DNA of 64,000 nucleotides from Flavobacteriales bacterium (lineage in GTDB: Bacteria; Bacteroidota; Bacteroidia; Flavobacteriales_D; UBA2798), in assembly GCA_035299065.1 (NCBI GenBank), contig DATGXI010000034.1:6232-70231 (forward strand). The letters are read 5' to 3'. Position numbers and translations under genes: made by a program. Below the pieces are notes generated by a model, which was not told the DNA's origin, ran no database searches, and worked only from the letters and a program-made list of their open reading frames with translations. Positions 58,676 through 64,000 of the stretch are shown one piece after another (position 1 is the first letter of the stretch; every line of letters begins with the position of its first letter).

Positions 58676-58961
58676 GGCAGCGTCATTTTTCAGAGAGGAC
58701 AAGAGGAACTTCCCGCCACCGCACGTCAAACACATTAAAGGGTTTTTAGTTTTAAAATTAGCTGGCATCTAAAAACCCTTTAATAAGTTTGCCTTCCCTC
58801 CCTGTACGGGCACCTTGAATAGGGTGTTATCGTATTTGCCGACTCTTTTTTTTAAAACGCTAAATTTTTGATTTGTGCTTTTAAGGGCAGGGTTCTTTAG
58901 TTGGACACGTTCTTTAACGGGGGAAAGGGAAAAGGTTGGCCCAAAGGGGTGTGCGCCCTCT
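58676..58961 (+). repeat. conserved non-coding module, copy 1 (possible structured RNA or regulatory element)
   Basis: Near-identical to 62037-62373 apart from a 50-bp indel. Contains a perfect 15-bp hairpin (58735-58749 / 58769-58783) and ends directly at an attC-like site. Confidence 0.8.
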
Positions 58962-59096
58962 GCATAACTTGGCGGTGGCCGCTATTGCGGGGCAGCAACA
59001 ATTGTTAAGGTAAAAGCATTATATTAGCGTAACGTTTTGGTGAAGGGTTCGGGGCATTTATTCCGCAACAGCAAGCCCACCGCCCGAACGTTATGC
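58962..59096 (+). repeat. attC-like site 0 (135 bp)
   Basis: GCATAAC-TTGGCGGTGGCC ... GCCCACCGCCCGAAC-GTTATGC. The terminal 7-mers are perfectly complementary. Confidence 0.6.
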
Positions 59097-59106
59097 GTAA
59101 CCTTTT

Positions 59107-59565
59107 ATGACATTCGAACAACATATTGACCGACTGGAAAAATTTCTTAAAGACAAATGCAAAATCGTGCGAGAAAATAAAAATTCGTTTTTTGCAGTTT
59201 CAGACGGACACGAGTTTCACTCGCCAATTTACATATGCGACCAAGGAGGAACAATACACGTTGGTATCGGTGATACATATGATTACTTTGACAAGCCCAA
59301 AGAACAGTTGGATAAAGCTGTATTGCGCTTTCTGACTTTACTGACGTGTAAAATCGAACGGACGGACTATTTTAAAGGAAATAATCTCTATAAAAGTACT
59401 TTTATTTTGCCAGACAATAAAACTGACTCCTATAACCAGGCTTCTTATAGATTCCCTTTTCCGTTTTGGAAAAAAACTAAGACAAATAAGATTATTCAAT
59501 TACCAATTATAACAGCTAGCGACATCGAAACGCATTTTGGCGATCTAACAAAAGGCAACGCATAA
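59107..59565 (+). CDS. cassette ORF, hypothetical protein
   Basis: 152 aa. The ATG is 11 nt after the preceding GTTATGC. The stop TAA is embedded in the next site's GCATAAC core. Confidence 0.55.
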   Translation: MTFEQHIDRLEKFLKDKCKIVRENKNSFFAVSDGHEFHSPIYICDQGGTIHVGIGDTYDYFDKPKEQLDKAVLRFLTLLTCKIERTDYFKGNNLYKSTFILPDNKTDSYNQASYRFPFPFWKKTKTNKIIQLPIITASDIETHFGDLTKGNA

Positions 59566-59751
59566 CAGGTCGGTGGCCGCTATTGCCCAGTAACAAGCAA
59601 CTTTATAAGCCGCATTTCCATATTACGCCAAGGGCGTTAAGTAAAATTGCCTTTTAACCGCAGACATCATAAATATTTTACTTAACTTGTGCTCTAACCG
59701 AAACGTTTCCATAAGGTCGGCAACAGCAAGCCCACCGCCCGAACGTTAGGG
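59560..59751 (+). repeat. attC-like site 1 (192 bp)
   Basis: GCATAAC-AGGTCGGTGGCC ... inner hairpin GTTAAGTAAAAT/ATTTTACTTAAC ... GCCCACCGCCCGAAC-GTTAGGG. Confidence 0.6.
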
Positions 59752-59771
59752 GCAAGCTACAAACAGTAAGT

Positions 59772-60062
59772 ATGAAAACCGCGCGCATTTATGTAGACTT
59801 TAATGAGATGGTTGAAGACGATCTCGTCCTTTTAGCAAAAGACAATTTTACAATTGATTCCCAAGGTAACCGTGTTGAATTACGCGAAGGACTTAAAGTC
59901 GACATTTACATGGATGACATAGACGACAACGATAATCCAGACAATTTAATCGCAAGCGGAATTGTTCTTCCTAACAACACAGACATTCCGTGGACGAAAA
60001 ATGCGCTTTGGTTGTGCCGAATAGATAAGGATGGAATTAGACATGAATCCGATGTTCAATAA
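59772..60062 (+). CDS. cassette ORF, hypothetical acidic protein
   Basis: 96 aa. Starts 21 nt after the GTTAGGG core. Confidence 0.5.
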   Translation: MKTARIYVDFNEMVEDDLVLLAKDNFTIDSQGNRVELREGLKVDIYMDDIDDNDNPDNLIASGIVLPNNTDIPWTKNALWLCRIDKDGIRHESDVQ

Positions 60063-60081
60063 ATAAACTTGTTTTGCCAGC

Positions 60082-60273
60082 CCCTAACTTGGCGGTGGCC
60101 GCTATTGCCGGGAACAGGGTCAGTTCAGGGCGCGTTTTTGTACTTTTAAGCCGGTCACGTTAAACAAAAAACGTTTTACCGGTAGACATTCATAATTGTT
60201 TTTTGTTTAACTTGCTTTTGAAAGTAACGTTTCCAAGGTCGGCAACAGCATGCCCACCGCCCGAACGTTAGCC
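60082..60273 (+). repeat. attC-like site 2 (192 bp)
   Basis: CCCTAAC-TTGGCGGTGGCC ... inner hairpin GTTAAACAAAAAAC/GTTTTTTGTTTAAC ... GCCCACCGCCCGAAC-GTTAGCC. Confidence 0.6.
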
Positions 60274-60323
60274 GTAATTATTGCTACCGATGGTTTAATA
60301 AGCACTAAAAAATTAACGATTCA

Positions 60324-61688
60324 TTGAGAACTTTAGCCGTCATATCATTATTTTTTCTGCCTGTTGTGAATTGTACTTCACAAAGTTTTGAAACAGCAGG
60401 CATGCCAACTCCTGTTGCTCAAATTCGCGATATAAGTATAGATACTATTGGAAATAAAATGTATACCGTAGGTATTCAAACACTGGATGGTTCTGGTATG
60501 CTTTCTTTAAATACCGCTTACATGTACGATGGAACCACTTGGACTTCCATGGATACTCTTTATAACGTCACTTATTGTTCCGCTTTTTATAATGGCGAAT
60601 TAATCATAGGTGGCGGGTTTGTTGACAGTGCTGGAGTTAATCAAAAATACCTAAGCAAATGGACCGGCACAAAATGGGTACATTTTGGTGATAGTATTAA
60701 TAATACTGTTTTAGGTATGAGAATAATTGGTAATGATTTGTATTGCATGGGTCATTTTACACACATTGGAAATATTAATGTAAAAGGCATTGCAAAATGG
60801 GATGGCTCTACATGGAGTAATGTATATAATTGTCCATTTACAGGAATTGTTGACTGCACAATTTACAATGGTGATTTATACGTAGCAGGAAATTTTGACA
60901 GCACTGAAATAGACATCATAGATATTGCTGTTTATAAAGCCGGAACTTGGCAAAAAGTTGGGGTTACGGATTATGTTAAGGGAGGTTTAGGATCTATTTC
61001 CTGTATGGAAATTTATAAAAATGAGCTTTACATCGCTGGATTCATTGCTAAATTTGAAGGTAACGTAGGCCATGGAATCCAAAAATGGAATGGCACTAAT
61101 TGGTCTGAAGCTGGAACAGGCGTTCAGGACAATACTAACGGGTATTCTACCTGGGCTCCTGTATATGATTTAATGGTTTACCAAAATAAATTATATGTTG
61201 GAGGCGCTTATTGGTATTCAGGCAATATTTATAGCCGTGGTTTTTCAACGTGGGATGGTAATCAATGGTGCGCAATTGACACAACATTTACCGGGTCAGT
61301 AAAACATGCCGTTTTTCAGGATACGCTTTTTGCTAGTTCAGCTACTGATACAGTTGCCGGTATTTACGTTAATAATCTCGCAAAATTTACAGACTTGGCA
61401 GTTGATTCCTGTAGTATTGCTTTTAGCATTGATGAGAATGAAAATTCAAGCATTTTGGATATTTATCCAAATCCAACAAATGGGAACGTAACGATAACCT
61501 TAAACAAAATGTTACCCGATGCCGGTTTGTCGATAATTAATGCCTTGGGTGAAGTTATCTTAAAAAGAGATTTAAGTTTTTTAAATGAGATAGAACTTGA
61601 TATTTCAAATTTTCCTAACGGAATTTATTTTGTGCAAATCGCAAACAATCAAGTCAGATCTACTAAGAAAATCATACTTCGGAAGTAA
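60324..61688 (+). CDS. secreted repeat (beta-propeller-like) protein with T9SS C-terminal sorting domain
   Basis: 454 aa. Signal peptide, recurring W-x-G-x-x-W repeats (KWTGTKW, KWDGSTW, KWNGTNW, TWDGNQW), and a C-terminal LDIYPNPTNGNVTI...GIYFVQI Por-tail. TTG start. Confidence 0.7.
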   Translation: MRTLAVISLFFLPVVNCTSQSFETAGMPTPVAQIRDISIDTIGNKMYTVGIQTLDGSGMLSLNTAYMYDGTTWTSMDTLYNVTYCSAFYNGELIIGGGFVDSAGVNQKYLSKWTGTKWVHFGDSINNTVLGMRIIGNDLYCMGHFTHIGNINVKGIAKWDGSTWSNVYNCPFTGIVDCTIYNGDLYVAGNFDSTEIDIIDIAVYKAGTWQKVGVTDYVKGGLGSISCMEIYKNELYIAGFIAKFEGNVGHGIQKWNGTNWSEAGTGVQDNTNGYSTWAPVYDLMVYQNKLYVGGAYWYSGNIYSRGFSTWDGNQWCAIDTTFTGSVKHAVFQDTLFASSATDTVAGIYVNNLAKFTDLAVDSCSIAFSIDENENSSILDIYPNPTNGNVTITLNKMLPDAGLSIINALGEVILKRDLSFLNEIELDISNFPNGIYFVQIANNQVRSTKKIILRK

Positions 61689-61745
61689 AAGGTTTAATCC
61701 ATCTCGAAAATAATTTCTCCAACTGTAAGTAGTATACTAGCAAAC

Positions 61746-61990
61746 TGAGTTGGTGTTTTCCTGCCATGAATTGGAAATCTCCTATCCTGATTTAGTATTG
61801 TTGCATCCTCACTTAGAAATCTTCCACTTGTCAAAAGAAAGTTCGCGTCCGTACTTAGTGTTCTTGGATCCGCAAAAGGAATTCCCGCGACCTGACTTAG
61901 TGTTCTTGCACCTGCACGGAGTATTCTCGTCTCCGCATTTAGAATTCTCTTAACTGCACTTAGTGTTCTCTGACCAATTGGCAGTTTTTT
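61746..61990. repeat. 21-bp-periodic iteron-like array, copy 2
   Basis: Colinear with 57355-57599. The last roughly 50 bp are identical (CGTCTCCGCATTTAGAATTCTCTTAACTGCACTTAGTGTTCTCTGACCAATTG). Confidence 0.85.
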
Positions 61991-62036
61991 GTTATCTGAT
62001 CACCAATACGTGTTAATCACCAGGCGTGTTATTTTT

Positions 62037-62373
62037 GGCAGCGTCTTTTTTCAGAGAGGAAAGTAGGAACTTCCCGCCACCGCGCGTCAAACACATTTAA
62101 GGGTTTTTTTTGTGTTGAAATAAGCTGGCATCTAAAACCCTTTAATAAGTTTGCCTTCCCTCCCTTTACAGGCACCTTGAATAGGGTGTTATCGCATTTG
62201 CCGACCTCTTTTTTTATTCGGGGAATAATTTGTCTTTTAGCCGTCCTCATGAATGCAAAGCATTTAAAACGCTAAATTTTTGTTTTGCGCTTTTAAGGGC
62301 GGGGTTCTTCATTTGGACACATGCTTTATCGGGGGAAAGGGAAAAGGTTGGCCCAAAGAGGTGTGCGCCCTCT
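62037..62373 (+). repeat. conserved non-coding module, copy 2
   Basis: Colinear with 58676-58961, with an extra segment at 62216-62265. Abuts attC-like site 3. Confidence 0.8.
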
Positions 62374-62602
62374 GCATAACTTGGCGGTAGCCGCAACCTG
62401 CCTGCCATAGCGCAAGCCAGTGCAAGGGCAGGCAGGGTGCTAGGGGCAAGGTCAGGTCAGGACACGTTTTTGTATTATACTGTCTCCGTTAAACAAAAAA
62501 CGTTTTATCGGCAGACAATCATAATTGTTTTTGTTTAACTTTACTTCGGTCGGTACGGTTTCAAAATTTGGCACCTGCAAGCCCACCGCCCGAACGTTAG
62601 GT
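62374..62602 (+). repeat. attC-like site 3 (229 bp)
   Basis: GCATAAC-TTGGCGGTAGCC, an extra palindrome CCTGCCTGCC...GGCAGGCAGG, the inner hairpin at 62488-62539, then GCCCACCGCCCGAAC-GTTAGGT. Confidence 0.6.
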
Positions 62603-62609
62603 GTAATTT

Positions 62610-62864
62610 ATGTCGACCGAGGATAGATATTACGTAACAAGGTACTGCAAAAATTGTGGCAATAAAGACAATTTCCATTTTTCTAAAAGGGAAATGGCTT
62701 TCGGACTTTACAGTACAAAAGCAATTTGGGACACCCCTTGTACAAAGTGCAAATCTGAGGAATGCTCAGGATCTTCAAGACTTGGCGTAACTATGGATAA
62801 GGACCTTTTTAAAGAATGGTCTTTAATGACGAATTATACATTGACGAACAGGATGAAGAAATAA
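62610..62864 (+). CDS. cassette ORF, small Cys4 zinc-ribbon-like protein (possibly the N-terminal part of a frameshifted gene)
   Basis: 84 aa with CKNCG...CTKCKSEEC. The ATG is 8 nt after GTTAGGT. Confidence 0.45.
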   Translation: MSTEDRYYVTRYCKNCGNKDNFHFSKREMAFGLYSTKAIWDTPCTKCKSEECSGSSRLGVTMDKDLFKEWSLMTNYTLTNRMKK

Positions 62865-63115
62865 TTCTTGCGAAAGAAATTAATTTAGCTCTCATACTAG
62901 AATTAGTAGACGATCCTGTCACATTGAGAAGTAAAAAACAAACACTCTATGCCGCACTTTGTGTTTTAATTTATGATTCAATAAACTCAAACAACAAATT
63001 ATTAGAGCTTGTGAGAACGGAATTAATAAAACGAAAAGAGGACTTTCTTAAGACAGAGCCATTTATCATGGATTATATACGGAAAAAAGTATTCCCAATA
63101 ATTGGTTTAGAATAA
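62816..63115 (+). CDS. cassette ORF overlapping the previous one by 49 bp in another frame (possibly the C-terminal part of the same gene)
   Basis: 99 aa. There is no independent spacing or promoter, and the reading frames abut at ...DLFKEW / (M)VFNDELY... Confidence 0.4.
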   Translation: MVFNDELYIDEQDEEIILAKEINLALILELVDDPVTLRSKKQTLYAALCVLIYDSINSNNKLLELVRTELIKRKEDFLKTEPFIMDYIRKKVFPIIGLE

Positions 63116-63120
63116 ACTAC

Positions 63121-63312
63121 ACCTAACAGCCCGGTTAGCGCAAGCGCCATGGAAGAAGCAACTTTTTAAGTCTCGTTTTCACATTACGCCAAGGGCGTTA
63201 AACAAAATTGCCTTTTAACCGCAGAGATCATAATTATTTTGTTTAACTTGTGCTCAAACCGAAACGTTTCCATAAGGACGGCAACAGCAAGCCCACCGCC
63301 CGAACGTTAGCG
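63121..63312 (+). repeat. attC-like site 4 (192 bp, divergent left arm)
   Basis: ACCTAAC-AGCCCGGTTAGCGC..., inner hairpin GTTAAACAAAAT/ATTTTGTTTAAC, then GCCCACCGCCCGAAC-GTTAGCG. Confidence 0.5.
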
Positions 63313-63331
63313 GCAATTTGCAATCACATTT

Positions 63332-63943
63332 ATGTTAAAAATAGTCAGACGAGAAATTGATGTAGCGTCCTTGGGTCCAGACGACCCCAGGAGTCCAAGT
63401 GCAAAAAGGCTTGCTCTTATTTCGCGTTTTTTTCTCTTATTTTTTACTTTTTTAATACCATTTGCTATGTATCGGTTTTTTTATCGCCCCGATACAACAA
63501 CAAATTTCATTGCTATTATAACCATAATTATTCTCGCATTTTTTGCAACCTATTTGATGACCAATCGTGCAAAAAAGCACTCACCAGTAATCAATCCAAT
63601 GGTTGAAGTTTTAGAAGTTAAAACCAGTCGAATAATTAAAAGAATTTCAAACGATGAAAACATTAGTTGCTTTTACGTTGACATTTTTTATGAAGGTCAT
63701 GCAAAAGTGCTTTTTTTGCAAAACCTTTTTGTTAACGATAAGGAATCTGAGAATAGTTTTCCAAATACCGATTTCGAAATAACTAGAAATCCCGATACGC
63801 AGGAAATATTCGAGGTTAAAACAAAAGGTCGGTCTTTTAAGCCAGAAAAAACGCTTAATCCCTTTACTGAAATGGACTTTGAGGAGAACAGAATTCCTGA
63901 GGATTGCGAAATATTAGATACGACCATTGACGCTATTAAGTAG
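63332..63943 (+). CDS. cassette ORF, hypothetical membrane protein
   Basis: 203 aa with two TM helices (LISRFFLLFFTFLIPFAMY, FIAIITIIILAFFATYLM). Starts 20 nt after GTTAGCG. Confidence 0.5.
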   Translation: MLKIVRREIDVASLGPDDPRSPSAKRLALISRFFLLFFTFLIPFAMYRFFYRPDTTTNFIAIITIIILAFFATYLMTNRAKKHSPVINPMVEVLEVKTSRIIKRISNDENISCFYVDIFYEGHAKVLFLQNLFVNDKESENSFPNTDFEITRNPDTQEIFEVKTKGRSFKPEKTLNPFTEMDFEENRIPEDCEILDTTIDAIK

Positions 63944-63954
63944 TGGCAAACAAC

Positions 63955-64000
63955 CCCTAACTTGGCGGTGGCCGCAAGCACCAGGCCGCAACCTGCCTGC
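63955..64000 (+). repeat. attC-like site 5, truncated by window end
   Basis: CCCTAAC-TTGGCGGTGGCCGCAAGC...GCCGCAACCTGCCTGC resembles the left part of site 3. Confidence 0.5.

Larger units (their letters stand above)
42732..58880. mobile_element. candidate accessory/defence island delimited by a perfect 33-bp inverted repeat
   Basis: AAGCACAAATCAAAAATTTAGCGTTTTAAAAAA at 42732-42764 has its exact reverse complement at 58848-58880. The enclosed genes are markedly AT-richer than the flanks. No transposase is recognisable inside. Confidence 0.35.

Noticed and set aside
61750-61953. 67-aa ORF with a 7-residue periodicity (PxLVFLxx).
   Set aside because: It is the translation of the 21-bp DNA repeat. 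The equivalent copy at 57355-57599 has no matching ORF.
62029-62250. 73-aa minus-strand ORF inside the conserved non-coding module.
   Set aside because: It is not conserved as an ORF in the other module copy (58676-58961 has no equivalent open frame). The conservation pattern looks structural or nucleotide-level instead.
58962-64000. Interpretation of the structured repeats as group IIC-attC intron remnants (a GTGCG occurs at about 58950) or as simple rho-independent terminators.
   Set aside because: There is no reverse-transcriptase ORF or recognisable domain V/VI. The repeats are far longer than terminators, lack T-tracts, and have conserved AAC/GTT termini.

Overview
This is a 64-kb chromosomal segment that looks like Bacteroidota. 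The pointers are TAnnTTTG-type -7 boxes close to start codons, a T9SS C-terminal sorting domain, and the overall gene content.

Bases 1-41,100 are ordinary core genome. They carry pgk, lipB, lysS, hemA, rnhB, purN, rnhA, rfbA, kdsB and leuS, two tandem LtaS-like sulfatases, O-antigen/glycosyltransferase genes, an RND/MMPL exporter, and three adjacent SpoIIE/PP2C sensor phosphatases.

From 41.4 kb the character changes:
- A XerD-like tyrosine recombinase sits at 41426-42538.
- A visibly AT-rich accessory island (about 43.0-58.6 kb) follows, bracketed by a perfect 33-bp inverted repeat. It carries defence-type genes: an AAA_21 ATPase + RloB pair, a 1380-aa NACHT/STAND NTPase co-transcribed with an AlbA_2/Schlafen-like protein and a small unknown protein, a three-gene operon with PD-(D/E)XK signatures, and an XRE regulator.
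- From 58,962 to the window edge there is an integron-like array: small unrelated AT-rich + strand ORFs, each followed by a 135-229-bp structured repeat with attC-like architecture (RYYYAAC...GTTRRRY-type ends, imperfect inverted arms, covarying inner hairpin).
- Two further conserved non-coding elements are interleaved: a strictly 21-bp-periodic iteron-like array (2 copies) and a roughly 290-340-nt hairpin-containing module (2 full copies plus 1 diverged).

No rRNA, tRNA or CRISPR array was seen. All homology calls come from motifs read by eye; no database search was run.
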